Made by a program: the position numbers and the translations under genes. A model generated the notes under the pieces. That model was not told the DNA's origin and ran no database searches. It saw only the letters and a list, made by a program, of their open reading frames with translations. Shown one piece after another: positions 28,131 to 44,600 of a stretch of 64,000 nucleotides of DNA. The stretch is from the human T2T-CHM13v2.0 reference genome, Homo sapiens, in NCBI RefSeq assembly GCF_009914755.1, contig NC_060926.1; one strand, given 5' to 3'. Within the stretch, counting starts at the first letter, position 1; every line of letters starts with the position of its first letter.

Positions 28131-31100
28131 TATTTACAAACATCCTCAGCATGACAAGGATTGAACAAGATTATAGTTTTATTTTGTTTGTAATATGCTG
28201 TCCCTTTTCTGTCCTGTCCTGATACATGTAAATGGCACTAAAACAGAGTGGCCCTCTCCAGGGCCGCTGGCATGATCAATGCTTTCACAGATTTAAAAAA
28301 TGGAAGCTGAGCCCCAAAATCTAATTGCATAGAAAGCATTTGCGCAGGGATTGCATCCAGTGAGAAGCATCAGGGACATACTATTTTGGTACACTCAAAG
28401 ACACACTTTTAAAATCAATATTTTAAAAGTCATATCAGAAGTAAGATAAACCAGGCTGCTATCTCAACCCTCCGTGTGTACTCTGTACATGATGTCTCTC
28501 TCACCGCTGAGAAAAGCTATGCGTAACAACAGGAAACTGATCACAGATCCCAACATCAGCCCCGGTGACTGTAAGTAGAAAATACAATGAGTAATTCCCC
28601 TGAAAATGAGATGACTGAAGTTGATTATGTATTTGTTGTTTAAAAATAAAAAAGAGTCGACAAGAATGGGAGTGGGGTGGGGAGTTTTCCACGTTAACAG
28701 AAATGGCAAGTTTTATTTTTAAAATTTATCTGTAAATACAAAACAAGTGATAAAGACACCATGTGTCATTTGTTTTTGTACAGCAAGGAACTACATGCAG
28801 CTTGCTAATTTTCTCAATTTGTATGCTACAAGGTGAACTGCAGCATCACAAAAATTAATTTCCTAGCCAAGCAAATATGAAATATGAATTTCATAGGTAG
28901 GCTTTTATAAAATATTAAGTTATGGGCAAGCCAATATAAAATATTGATGTCATACAGTATGAGCAAATATGGAGATAAAAATCGCTGACCCAGATTATGA
29001 ATTGTTGATTAAAGAGCATTGTTTACCAGTTTGTAAGTATATCAGCAAAATGTATGTGTGGGCATATGACAGTTCTAATTTGAAATATAATTCTAAATCA
29101 TATTTACCTTTGATCTGAAAATACCTGATAGTGTGAAAAAACTAAGGCTTGACAGCCAAAACAGTACAAAAGTCAAATGCTGCATTTTAATTCAGAAGTG
29201 GGCAAATGTCAACTTGTTTTAATTTCTGAAACCTCTCCTTTTGGGGTTATTGTTACACATTTGATATTGAAAAGAAATTGAGGTTAATCAACCAATATTA
29301 TTTCTCTTTTTTAGAAGCCTCAGAAAGTTTGCATATATACATATATGTGCTATAAGAATATACAAGTGTATATAAAAACATAAAATATTACAATAAAGAA
29401 GAAAATTCATTACAGACTTCCTAGGGAAAAGGGAAAAAATCATGTAGAAAAGCAAATCTTGATTTGGCATAATTAATTGTAGGGTTTCTTAATTGTGTGG
29501 AGGGAAAGGTTGGAGGAGTAAATATGTATCTGTATTTACAGAAGAGAATGGATCTTTCAAGCCAACAACCCAACAGTAAAGTTCTAAAATTACACCACCC
29601 AAGTCCTCTACTGTTTCCTTCTTTTGGACAAAAGCAAATATTGACCAGGTGCCAGCCTCGAGCCATTTGAGGCAAAGGCAGCCGTTGCGATGGGCAAAGC
29701 CACAGCCTGGCCACACCGGGCCAGGCTCCACGTCCAAACCCGCTTGCATCGTAGAATTTTGAAATTAACAAGTCACCAGACCACACACCAAGCAAGGAGT
29801 AATCACTTCACAGAGAGAAAATAACTATGTTTAAAATGAAAGCAAGATCAACACTGGCCTAAATGCTGGTAAAATGACCTTGAGGGATGTTCCAAATTGA
29901 AACGGATCAAATTAGTTTTCAATCCACTCTAAAATATGAAATGTCAAAAATAAAAATATGCTGATGAGGCTCAGCGCGCTGAAGTTTTAAAATGACTAAA
30001 ACGACATCTGTCATGGAAATCCCTGCAATTTTACAAGAGAATAAGAAAGGCTATTTTAAACGGTGCTTAGTCACGTTGCATTTTTTTGGTAGTAATGTCC
30101 AAACTTTCCTGTCCCGGTGGCAGAACCCATGAGCATGACCTCCACAGGACTCTGGGGGAATGGGGGTGGGCAAGTTCCAAAAATACCACTCACAGCTCAC
30201 AAATGACGGCTGGTCAACTCACATTTGACTGTGAAAGCCACAGTGCAGGAGCGAGGACGGACTAAAATGTCTACAGGAGAAGGTAGGGTGTTGTGTTCTA
30301 GAAACCCTGGCAGCTGTGGGTGAGCACAGAATTTTCTAATGAGTAAGACTGAAATCAGTGAAAATGCCTCAGCATTAAAGGGAAAAATAACTTATCTGCT
30401 GTCTAACCACGGAGCTCAGGCATCTAAGAAAAGCCTAAATAATTCACGAAAACTGTGCCCAAATAGACAAAAGGAGCTCACTGCTTCTTGCAGAATATTT
30501 AAACCTGACTCAACTTTGGGGTTTTAATCCAAATATCTTAAGTTCACATTTCATTGCTGGAACATTCCATGTTGTATCAGGAGCTGACTTAGGTGGGTGA
30601 AGTTCTTAACCCTGAACAGAGAATAAAATGTTAAAAATAGTAATGAGAGTGCCGATACCTCCATAGACAACCCTAAAATGTGTAATGTGTTCATGAAACA
30701 CACTGCTCACCGTCTAAAGGAAAGGTGGTTAATCCTGGGCAATTCAGGTTTCTTTGCAGCTACGCCATGGAAGGTCCCTTAAATGCAAGACTCAGCATGG
30801 AAACCTCTTTCACTCTGGAATCCTTCTCCAGAACTTGGGTGAAGGTTCACACACTTACATCTACCCCCATGCTTCCCCAAAAGGGCTAAACCCAGAAAAG
30901 CCTTTCCCGGATGTCTAATTGGTGACAGCCTATTATGCCCAAGGGGTTTACTTTTCTCCAGGTGCAGAATAACAGAGGAGAGATTTGTTTACTCTCTCCC
31001 TTTTTTTTTTTTTTTTTTTTTTTGACATTAACAACTTTGTTTAATGGCCTGGGAGCTTGAGCCGGTCAGATCCCTAGAGCAGGGTCCACACACTCAGCCC

Positions 31101-33929
31101 TGGACTTTCTCCCACCTATTCCAACCCAGCCTCACACTCCCATAACTGCATTCCTAGCCTTTTCTTCCCGTTTTTAACACTGTGCTTCACCTAGTAATCA
31201 ACATAAAAACAAAGCAGATAGAAGGACAGGCCTAGGTCAGGCAACCATCTGGGGTAATGCAGGTGTCACAGCCACAGGCCAGGCTTGACTGGCACAGGTC
31301 TGGGGAGCCTGGGGGCAGCCTGGGTGGGTGTGAATTAACAGCCTGGAGGTGGTGGGAGGGGGCATTCTGTGTGCCTCTGGGGAGGGGCGGAGGTGAGGTG
31401 TTCTCTTTGTCAGGGACCCTTGGATCTGCTGGGGACAGAGCCTGCCCAACTCCCTCCTAAGCAACTTCTGTTTCCTCTGCTCTCCCTTCCTGCAACCTGC
31501 ACTCCTGCTTCCTGCCTGGCACTACCAACTGTGGGAAACCCAAGTAGGTGGCACCATAGTGGGGGGCAAAAGGCAAAGCCTTGGTTGGGTAGGGGGCATA
31601 ACTCCAGGCCTAGTTCTGCAAGCCCTGACACTGAGGCAGGATGCTTACAGAGGAGACAAAAAAGCAATGCAGTGCCTCGAATAACAACTGGGGTGCCCCC
31701 ACACTGCCACTGACAACTGCCCCTCAATAACTAGTACACCCTAGTCTTTCTAGCTTCTGGGCACTCCTAGAAACCAGAGCTTCCAAACCCTTCAGTTCAC
31801 ACAGGCCAGGACTTGCTGAGGGCAGGGGGCGGGGGAGGAGGTGAGGGTTGCTTTCAGGAGTATCTGTTCTTGCTCCCATAATCTTGGAGTGGATCACAAA
31901 ACTGAGTAAGTGTTGCTATGGTTATTAAAGTCATTCCTTTTAAAAAAGAGCAAAACATGGCAGATTTTCTTAACAACTTGTTCAAATGGCAACAGTCCCG
32001 GGTTGTAGCTAATTAAGTGTGCTAAAGATAAACACAAGATCGCACATTCCTATTAAGATTGTTTGCTCCTGGTTCTTTTACACACACACACACACCACTT
32101 TGAACATTCAGGGGAAATAATAAATTCTTATGCACTCAGCATGAGGAGTAAAGAAGAAAAATATATTTTCCATAGAAATCGCCTTACTTCACCTCCTTTA
32201 AATTCTACAACTTGGTTCAGGACAAATAAAGAGGAAACTACTGGAATGTGTGAGCAGGCCCCACTAGCTCTGAAGGCAGAGGCCTCAGCAGGAGGTGAGC
32301 AGCTGCAGAGAGGCTCAGGCAGGCGGCCCTGGGCAGCCTCATTTCTTTATTAACACCACCACCTACAGGGACTGCTTTGAATAGGATGGTGTGGTGTGGC
32401 CCATAAAGCCTTGCAAGAAAAACAACATTCAGAACAATTGCACCACATTTTTTTTTCAACTTCCTGTTTATTAGTATTTTATCTAAGAGCAGAACAAAAG
32501 TCTGTATAAATGGGAGAAAATAAAACAAATGAATGCACTGTTAAGGCCTATTCACAATGCACACATACAACAACTTGTCAAGTGCATTATGTCTTTCAAT
32601 TGAACCCACCTCCGACCTTCAAATGTCTCTGATGACAGAGATCAAGAGGAAATAAATGGAATTTGTTATTTTATAAGAATTATATATAATTAATTTTTAA
32701 AAAAATAAGTAAATGGGCTTGTTTTCGGCACAACTGTATGACAGTATTCCTTGCCACACTGTACAAGTCAACATCTTATCAGTAAGAATTGGTATTTTGC
32801 TAGAAATACGCATGAATATAATGAAAATGCAAATGTCCCCCTAATGTTTGGTGCAGAGCTTGATTGTGTAAGAAAAGGAAGAAAGTATGTGGTCAAGGTG
32901 TGGGCAACCTTTGAGGTTCTCAGCCTAAGAGGTGGACAAAGGGCTGGTGACGCCTCCACTGGAATCCTTCCAGCGAAGTCATGAGGTCATTACGAAATTG
33001 TTAGTGATGTCTGTGAACTCTGCTTTTCTTCCTTAACCTGCCTGCCATGTTGTTCTTTGGGCTTCTTCTCTGCCTACTTTTCGAAAGGCTCAGGGCCAAT
33101 GAGATGGAATGAATGAGTGGCCATAGGGCTTCCAGTGTTGACCTTGATGGCCACATTTTCTCCTGAAAGCAGCCCGTACAGTCTGTTTTTGTGGATACTT
33201 GTGAATCAAAGGGCTGGGCCTTGGCACAGTTCCCTAGGACCCTTGCTCTTTTTTATCTATGGTTATAAATACCACTGAGTCTCATTTATTTTGAGTAGTT
33301 TTAATGTCATGTTTCCCTATTTGAGAAGGACACCTAGACATTTGGGATTATCAACTTGGGGAATTGCCTAAGATTTTTTTTCTATGCCCTAGTAATCAGG
33401 AATTTTGTTATTATTTACTCTCCATATCTCAGTCTCCTATGACATTAGCACGTATGGCCTTGTCTAATTATTCCTGATACCTATTACCTCGTTCACATGA
33501 AAATAAGAAGTCAGTAAGAAGAGGCCTCCTCTTGTTTAGCGTAACAAGAAACATATCTGCAGATAGAGACAGCATAAATCAAAGCTGAAATGTGAACTTA
33601 GCACTGGTCAAGACCAGTTAAGCTAATCAGAAACAGATTGCAAATGCTCTAGCAGAACAAATACTGTCTTTCTAAATGGCTGAAAGTGCTGTGAGGGACT
33701 AAAACTGAACAGAACAATCACAACAAACAACAAAGGTCACCAAATAATAAAGCAGCCATCATTTGTGTGCTGGTAGTAAACACTGAGAACTCACTGCATG
33801 TGTCTTGGACATGGGAGATGAAGAAATGTGGGGTTGGTTTTGTTTTGCCAAGGGGCATTGATTAACCCTAACCAGTAGTCAGATCTAGGAAGGGGACCCT
33901 TCCTGGAGAGAACGTCTCTATGGAATTCA

Positions 33930-34480
33930 TTTTTTATTTTTTGGTAATTTTTTTAATTGACAAAAACTCTATTACATTTACTGTGTAACATGATGTTTGG
34001 AAATAAGCATTAAGGAATGGCTCAATTGAGCTAATTCACATATACTTATCTTTTATGGTGAAGACAATTAAAATTTACTCTCAATAATTTCAGAATACAA
34101 TACATTGCTATTAACTAGAGTCACATGTTGTACAGTAGATCTCTTAAGTTTATTTCGCCTATCTATCTGAACTTTTGTATCCTTTGAACAATATCTCCCC
34201 ATTACCCTACCCCTGCCAATGCCTGGTAACCACCATTCGACTCTCTACTTCTGTAAGTTCAACTTTTTTCTATATCACGTATAAGTGAGATCATGTGTTG
34301 TTTGTCTTTCTGTGCCTAATTTATTTCACTTAACATAATGTCCTCCAGGTTCATCCATGTTGTTGCAAATGTCAGGATTTCCTCATTTTAAAAGCTGAAT
34401 AGTATTCCATTGTGTATATACGTGTGTGTGCTGCATTTCTTTATCCACTCATCCACTCATGGACACTTAGGCTGGTGCCC
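33930..34480 (-). mobile_element. L1MA-like 3'-end fragment
   Basis: ttttaattgacaaaaa...taagtgagatcatgtg...ttcacttaacataatgtcctccaggttcatccatgttgttgcaaatg...gctgaatagtattccattgtgtatata. Confidence 0.85.
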
Positions 34481-34602
34481 TGTGGCATTCTTGACTGGCA
34501 AACATAGAGGAAGCTTTAACCACTAACTTCTGCTAAGGGAGGAACTGTTCCTTGGGCATAAGAGTAGACAAAACATTTTATCAGCATCAGAAAGTATTTT
34601 GG

Positions 34603-34930
<328 letters not shown>

Positions 34931-35439
34931 GCAAGCATTTTTGAAGCCACTCACTGACTTCACTGATAGGATGCACAGAATAAGTCAGAAAGGCAAAGCT
35001 CCCGAGTCTGCTTCACAGAAAGGAAATGTGCATGCACGAAATAAGAAGTCTTTCTCAAACACAAACAAACAAAAAGCAACTCCCTGTGCTGATAAGGAAG
35101 GAGCTAGATGCTGGGAACCAGGAGCTGGGGCTGCTGGGAGGACGGGGGAACAGGCATGAGGGCAGGTGTCTGAATAGGAACTGTTCTGCCGCCATCTCAC
35201 ACAGGGGATGGAGTGATGGGCATGATGCCTAATTTGCAAGGGGTGATCTTGAAAGCCACTGAGATCCCTCTCCCAGGAAGCTTACAAAAGGAAGAGCGAG
35301 TGTGACAAATAAGTGAGAGGTGTCTACTTGCAAGTCAACAAATGCCTCCTTTGCACACCAATATGCTTAAATTTAGTGGGTCACCTATGTCACTGAGTAA
35401 AACCTAGTGGACATCCTAGTGCCCCATTAGCAAGCTTCA

Positions 35440-36167
<728 letters not shown>

Positions 36168-37890
36168 AACCAAACAACTCTTAATTAAATCAGAAATGCC
36201 TTTGCAATTATATACTACCCACCCCTAAAGAAGAAGGTTTTTACAAGTGTAGACGACTCCTCCTTCATATCGCCCTCAGTATTATGCAACAGTCCATCCC
36301 ATTGAACTAAAGTCACAGAAACGTATATACCAAAAGATCCAATAAAATGGAGTGAAATGCAGCTCTCTTAGTGCATCTGCTCCTTAGCATTCTGAGAGAT
36401 CCTACTCCCAGTGATACTACCCCAGGCTGTCAAGGCGGGTCCCTCAGATTGTCTTTTATAATTGCACAACAATTATAAGGAATATTAAAATGGAAGTTAA
36501 AGCATCCAGAAAGAAAACCAGATTAAATGACTGAAACAACAGAGGACTAAGTAATGACAAGAGATGGCATAATATCATCATTAGGCCTCCTTCCATTTTT
36601 AACGTTATTTCTCATTCAGCTTTTTTACAAGACACAAATTTCTTTAACTCAAGGAATTTATTTTGCTTCAGGCTCAGTGTTCTTTCCTGCAGAATCTGAC
36701 CAACTAGGATAGAATAATGCTTGAAGAGCTCTGGATTTTTATATTATAACAAATAATTATGTATAGGTTTCTTGACATTACTGATTTCTCACTGAGGTTC
36801 AGAATAGCTCAGCATACATAATAAGGGGTTTTAAGAGGTGTTCACCCTGAGTACACTTAGAAATAACATCCAACTTGGATCAAAGTGTACTTTTTTAAAA
36901 AGTTCTTGATACTATAAGCTTTGATTTGCTTCACAGAAACACCTCTAACTATAAGGGCAACTGCTGAGGTTTGACAGTTCATCTGCCCTGATCTTTCATT
37001 CATTCATTCATCATTGTGCAGCACTGAGTTTAAATAAAAAGAGCCATGTTATTGGGCTTAGAATTTAACGTGAAACCCCCATCCATGCAAGCTAAGGGCC
37101 AAGGAAGGAATGCCAGCTAGCCTCCTACAGGCAGTGGCTGAAGAGCTGAAAAAACCTAGTGGCCAAGTCAGGCCACGGAGTTCGTTGAGCCTCTGCTGCC
37201 CATGGGCCTCCCCGTTCCTGGCATCCTGGGTCAATGGATGGATTCTGACTGTGGAGGCCCCCAGTTCAGCCTCTTTTCATACCCCTGGGGGTTATCTGCA
37301 GTGCTGCAGCCCCTTGGTGGGAGCCTCCTTCTTGCACTGGGGACACCCTGGTCCCCCTAAAATCCCACATACCCTGTGGAACTCCAGGGGGGGGATTCTG
37401 AATTCCTTAGACACCAGCTCGTTCACTCTCATTTTACAGGTGAAGGGAGCTACTCTCTGTCCAAGCAGATCAGGGCCTCCATGGGCTTGCCTCCCAGGCA
37501 GAATTCCAATTTCCTGGTCCATCAGAGGTCCTCACCTGCTCCTCTAGGAGAGAACCCTGATATAAAAGGGAGGAAAGATTCCCCTCCATGTTTCCAGTGC
37601 TCATTGGTTATCACTAGCCACAGTCAAGCCTTCTTATGACTCCCAGTCCCATCTGACTTGCTCAGAGCTCTGGAGCCTAACATCCCAGTCTTCCTGAAAC
37701 ACTGCTTAAGCCATGGGATTTTCCTGCTCGAGGACCCACAGAGCTCCCTACTGGCTCCAACACAGAGTTGACATTCTTTGCCCAGGCTGAGAAAGACCTC
37801 TGTGGTTTGCTCCTACCCTAAGTATGCAACATTTCCCTCTTCTCATGAATCTCTTTGTGCTTTTATTCAACAAAAATATGTTGAGCACTG

Positions 37891-38382
37891 GATTATTAGT
37901 TTGCTTGAGCTACTATAACAAAGTATTAGAGACTGACAACAGAAATGTATTGTCTCACAGCTCTGATGGCTGGAAGTCTGAGACCAAGTTGTTGGCAGGG
38001 TGGTTTCTTCTGAGGCCTCCCTCTCTCCTTGGCTTGTAGATGACCACCTACTTGCTATGTTGTCACGTGGGTCTTCCCTCTGTGTATGTCTATATCCTAA
38101 TCTCCTTTTTTTTTCTTTTTCTTTTATTATACTTTAAGTTCTAGGGTACATGTGCACAATGTGCAGGTTTGTTACATATGTATACGTGTGCCATGTTGGT
38201 GTGCTCTTAATCTCCTTTTATAAGGACACCAGTCATATTGAATTAGAGGCCACCCATATGACCTCATTTTACCTTAATTACCTCTTCAGAGACCCTTTCT
38301 CCAAATACGGTCACATTCCAAGGTACTGGAGTTGGGGTGGCACCATACAAATTTGGGATGGGACACAATTCAGCCCTTAACA
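37891..38382 (-). mobile_element. MLT1 (MaLR) LTR
   Basis: tattagtttgct...tctcacagctctgatggctggaagtctgagaccaag...ggacacaattcagcccttaaca. Confidence 0.85.
38106..38205 (-). mobile_element. Very short 5'-truncated L1PA 3' end nested in MLT1
   Basis: ttattatactttaagttctagggtacatgtgcacaatgtgcaggtttgttacatatg...; TSD taatctcctttt on both sides. Confidence 0.9.
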
Positions 38383-39122
38383 AGTCCCAATATGATGCCA
38401 GGGAATGGGGAAGGGAGGAGAAAAAGGGACATAGAAGGGGACAGAGATGGATAAAACATGGCCTCTGCCCTCAGCAGATGAAACTCTACTGTTCACACAG
38501 GAGGACGGCGTGATTTTCTCCTTGCCCACCCCAGCCCCAGCTCCTGCCTCTGTTGGGCAGCCTCTGATGCTTCACTTCCTCCTCTATCTAATCAGTCTTT
38601 CAAGGCACAGCCTCATTCCCTTTCTCAGGAGCACCCCCCTACTGGCTTACACTCCCTGAGTCCCTCCTGGACTTCCCTCAAGCGTATCACCTCCTCCCTG
38701 TGCTATCCTGACCACCCTGTGAACTTCTCCATGGAGCAGCTACCTGGATGTCTAGTGCAAGGCTGGGCATGGTAGACATCAAGCCAATATTTCCTTCTCA
38801 TGGGATAAAACATGTTTCTCCTTTCTGCTTTCTGTCTGATAAAAGCCAGCAAACGGCACTGGGGGTGTCTGGTTCCTCCACCACTTGTCTGCGTCTTTCA
38901 GATAAATATTACCTATTTCATCGTGTTCTGAAATGCAAAACCTTTCTAGTATCAGTAAGTGAAATCCCCAATCAGCATACCATGATGAAATATTCTTCTA
39001 AGTCTCATATTTTTACTCACTTTACGCCCAGAGTTACGTGTGTGAGAGGTGACATTTTACTGTGTGGGACAGGAATGCCATCCTCACTGATGTTAACCAT
39101 GTCACACTGGAATGACATCTCA

Positions 39123-39469
<347 letters not shown>

Positions 39470-39689
39470 TTAACGTATCTTGAAATGTAAACAAATTATC
39501 TTGTTTTACACTTTTCTTTTACTGTCATCAGCAATAAATGCCACCTGATATGTGTATTCAACACTGTGCCCCAGCCCTTTCCTGCTGAGCTAAACATCAG
39601 CTCTTAACTTTGAACATGCCCTAGACTCACACAGACAGACCCTCAGAGGTCTTCTCTGTGCTCCCAGAGTGCTTTGTTCAGAGTCTGGT

Positions 39690-39890
39690 TTAGTGGCATG
39701 GTAATTAAGAGTGTGCACATTGGGAGCTAACTGTTTGACTTTAAGTCTACCTGCTGTGTGACTTTGGACAAGTTACATAACCTCTCTGGGCCTCATTTTT
39801 CCTCAAAGCCACCAAAAAAGTCACTGAAGGGCATTGGGGGCATCTGGTTCCCAATGTAAGGATGAAATAAGATAATTCAGATAATTAACC
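39690..39890 (+). mobile_element. MIR
   Basis: tgctgtgtgactttggacaagttacataacctctctgggcctcatttt core. Confidence 0.75.
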
Positions 39891-41284
39891 TGGCCCAGAA
39901 GCTGGAACTTTTTGGCCCCCAGGAAACACGAGTGTTAATATTCACATTACCTTTCCCAACTATCTCCCCTTCCAAACTGTGAACTTCCCCAGGACAAGGG
40001 CACTATTCCTTAGGTGCCTGGGACATAATAATCACACAGCTAATGTTTGTGGGAAAAAAAAACACATGCAATGACTCAATTCTACTTTTAAAACTGGCTT
40101 TTCCTCCTTATTTTAAAATGTAACTTGCTCACCTTAGGGCCTTAAAAAAATATGTAACAAGAAGAGTAACACAGACCAATTAAAACTTTTAAGTTAACTA
40201 AATGAAACCCCCCAGCTCCTGTCTTTGGGCTTCATCCATAGGTTTTCAGGGCAAACACCCCACAAATGCCAAACAGATTTGCACATGTGCTAATTATCTA
40301 CTTTTCACTGTTTCCCATAAAATAAATACTTTCAAATGCAAAGTTGACTGTGAAAAGTATATTAATTATAGAGAATGAAAAGCAGTACCATGATGTTCAT
40401 CCTGAGGCCAAATGAACAATGATCAAAACTTCTAACTGAAAATTCCTGGAGAACACCTTCATCGGCAGCATATGCCATCTCCTTGCAGCTCTCCCAGCCA
40501 GCACTAAAGCCAGCCTCCAGGCTGTGAGGCTCACCTTAGCCTGAGTCACCATCCCCCACACTTCCTGAGAGTAGTTATGTTTTTATTATCCGGTAATTAA
40601 AGATAAAACATAGTATAAATTGAATTATGCATGTAAAAGCATTTGTATTATTTATATCACAAGAGTCCCAATATCATAGAATACATAAATGCTAGAGCCA
40701 CTTGTGATTTTTGTTATTTACAAAGGCTGATAGGCAGGTGGATTTCAGCATCCCTGCCAACATGGTGGGATCTGAGGCTGCCAGGGTGGGAACCACTCAT
40801 CAAGGAGAACATTCCCTGTGTCTACCAGCAAAGATCCAGGCCAACTGCTGGCTGAAGAGAGAGCAAAAAGAAACAGGCTATGACGGGCTTCTGCTCTTAC
40901 AACCCTATAAGGAGTATATATTTTACACTGGAAAATCTGATCCTTAGAGCAAGCCAGTCCTGTATCAGCATATAGTCCTGGTATTGTCCAGAAAAAATAA
41001 ATCATCTTGCTACTTAGAGACATTAGCTAGCCAAACGCAGTAGAATCTACAAGATCACATAGTATTCAAATTATTATTAACCAAAAATGCCTTGTAGTAC
41101 TTTAGGGGTACAGAGCAAGCAGAGAAAAGGTGGTGGTCCATGAAGTGCCCTTTGTAACATTCAGAGCTGAGCTGTCCCCTGTAACTGGGCACCATCCCTG
41201 CACTGCTCCTTGGGTGTTGGGCTCTGAAACACTCCAGCTGACTCAGAAAATGATTCTCGGTGGGGGATGGAAATCAGGAGCTCT

Positions 41285-41631
<347 letters not shown>

Positions 41632-44600
41632 AAGCTCTTTAGAAATGATTTACTCCCATTTTTTGAAGTTTGCCATGTCACAGAAAATGAGACCCCACTG
41701 AGAGATTCAAATGTGCGGGAAGAAAGAACAATGTGTGCTTCTTCACAGGGGGAGAGCAGGGAGCCTGCAGCCCGCCTGAGCTGCAGGTGCTTCAGCTGGT
41801 TTCACACTTGCTGTCCCCAGCCCCTGCTCCTGGCCAGACGCCGGCCTCTGTGGGCGGCCCGGAGGGCACCGTGCGTTGGTGCAGGCCTTCGTGGGCAGCA
41901 GCGCTGACGTTTGGAAACAAGGCCCCACCCACACAGGCTGGGTTTCAGTTTCACCAGGGAGCAAACACCATTATGCAAATTATTTTCCTTGCTCAACTCC
42001 CCATCCCCCATCACTGGCTTACATATTCATTCTTCACTCTGAAGTTAATGTACACAAGAGGCCAACTAAGGATTTGCATCCTATTTACTTTAAAATGCCC
42101 AGGTGCAATTTTGAAACAAGATTCTCCTTTCAGAAGGGCAATCACGAATATAAAGTAGAGAATTAGTAGCAGTGTCAAGAGTAAAGCCCCGAGGCTAATA
42201 CCAAACTTCTAACATAAACGGAGTGTTGAAAGGCACATGCCAGGAATTATATAAACCGAAGGAAAAAGACAACTGGGGGGTGTGTTCCCATGCATTCGAT
42301 TTGGTCCAAGGAGAGCCAGGCCCACGGAGAGTGGACAGACAGCCTCGGGCCCCTTCAATCCTCGCTACACATGTCAAGAATACCTGGGTCTCATGGGGTT
42401 TAGGAAAACGAATGTCTAGTTCACATTCAGGTCACGTTCTAGAAATTAGGGCATGAAGTCATTTTATCTGCATTATGTGTGATTCATTTGCAGTTTAACT
42501 CAAGTGATTTGAGGTACCAACTCAGGCAAAAAAATTCTGAACCCAGAAACAGTGTTAGTAAAATTTGTAGGGGGTGGAGGGTGTGGGATGGGGTGCACAA
42601 AGCTATGCTTTCCTTTCCTGTCATGATAAATAAATTCATTAGGGATATGTTTATATGAATTTAGACCTGAATAATTCCATGCAGCTGTAATCATTATTTT
42701 ATTTATGAGATTCAGATAATCGTAGTGAATAATTTTGCGGTTGTTTCTAAAGAGGTCAAGGGTTTCTATCAGCAGACACACAGAAGGAACCATTTTTAGG
42801 ATGGTAATTTCTATTTCCCTCAAAAACATTCTTCCTTGGTCCCCACTTATACTCAGTTTCATTTTTCAAGGCGGATTGCAAGGTTCGTGTAAAGCTCACA
42901 GCTGCAATGAAGTCACTGACAAATCTGTGAATTACCCTGAGTGCAAAGACAAGCTAGTTCATTTATAAACAGCCCTTAAAATAATAGTAAACTAAACTGC
43001 AGGTGGGAAACCTTCATAAGATAAAAACTCAGACACACTGTCCCTTCTTGGAAAGCCCTGGATAAGAAGTAAACAATGCCAACAAGTCCCTTAGTGACTT
43101 GTCACTCCACTTAAAATGGCCTTTATTAAGAGTGATGACCTCCGCCTTAACTGTAAGACCAACCAACTCAAATGTAAGTCAAGAACAAGAACATATTTCC
43201 TTGCAGGGGATTCTGTGCAAACTCATAGATGATTTGCACCTCTGTGAAAGGTCATGGCTAGGAGGCCAGGTTGAGGAAACTTGAACAGCTAAAGTATACC
43301 CTGGCTGTCTGCTAACTACCTGCATCCTAATTACCTGTCTGCTATCGCTGTGTGACGTGCAGAGCCATGAGATAGGATCTGTCTTCATTTACAGATCATA
43401 AAAAAACAAAGCTTTAGACAGGTTAAGTAGCTTGCCCAATGAAAGCAATTTCTTCTGACCCTTGTGCACAATTATGTCCACAGGAGAACACCATACACAT
43501 ATATTGCCCAACCTTTGAACACCATTTACTCAAGAATGGCTTTCCTTTCCCTGCCATGCACAGGCAGGCTTGTGGTTAGCCAGTCCTTTCTGGTCAGTGT
43601 GGATATATCTGCTGGGTTCAGGGGTGTAGGGTTAGGGATCTCACTGTTTCCGCACACCAAAACTGTTCTCCAACAGCTCAGTCAGTAAAAACAGCTGATA
43701 TCGGGGCAGGGGTGGAGTTCTTGGTTCAGGACTCTTCTAATGTCCTGGACTGCAGAAAAGCCCTTGCCCTTACCCTGGATAAATACCTGAGAATCCTTGT
43801 CTCCTTCCCACTCTGTAGGCACTCTTGTCCTCTCCATTCCCTTCCTTGCCTCCTGAGGAGCTTCTGTAGCCCTGGGCTGATGTGGGGAAGGGAGAAGGGT
43901 CCCCTGCACCCCTGGGATGGGAACATGAATGAGTCTGCCCACCAACCCCTATGAAATATGCATACCTGTGCTCAAATTATGGGGCCATCAGTTCTGCTAG
44001 TCTCAGAGCCCCCTAGGGAGGGCGACCCAGCTTTTACTGGACACCCAGGGACTTTCCCTGGAACCTGCTGTTGTGAGCGTTTCTGAGGTGTAGACAAACA
44101 GCTCCCCCACACACCTAGCCAACAACCCACTCTCAAGGTGGGAAACACCATTCTAAGGACTCGCATTAACCCATCTGAATAACCCTGGGTAATCTGGAGC
44201 AGAGGTCGAAACCACTGAATGGCTCAGGTACGGTAGAAAATGCCTCTGATTGATTGTTTTGGACATCGCTGCTATTGCAACAGAGAAAGATCAAGCCCCA
44301 TCACCTAGAAGGGATTTCATTCTTTGCAACAGGAAAGATAGTTCAGAATCCAGCGCCAATTATTCCCAGAAAAAAAATACCATTTGAAACATTACAAATG
44401 AAATTGAGTTATATAAACCGCCTTCCTCATCCCTTCCAAGGAGGGTGGATTCTGCGGATGTCAAGGGTGACTGTGGCAGACTGGAAGGGTGGGAAAGAGA
44501 TCAAATTAGAGAAAACCAAGGGAAGAGCAACTGCCAGCCACCTAGGAAAAAGGAGAGAGGCCTAGGTGACAGGACCCCAAGTTGGAGAGAAAGACACACA

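Noticed and set aside
29489-29810. CpG-containing block with an open minus-strand frame (MQAGLDVEPG...GCLCLKW)
   Set aside because: Splice sites are weak or ambiguous; could equally be a conserved enhancer, so it is not called as an exon.
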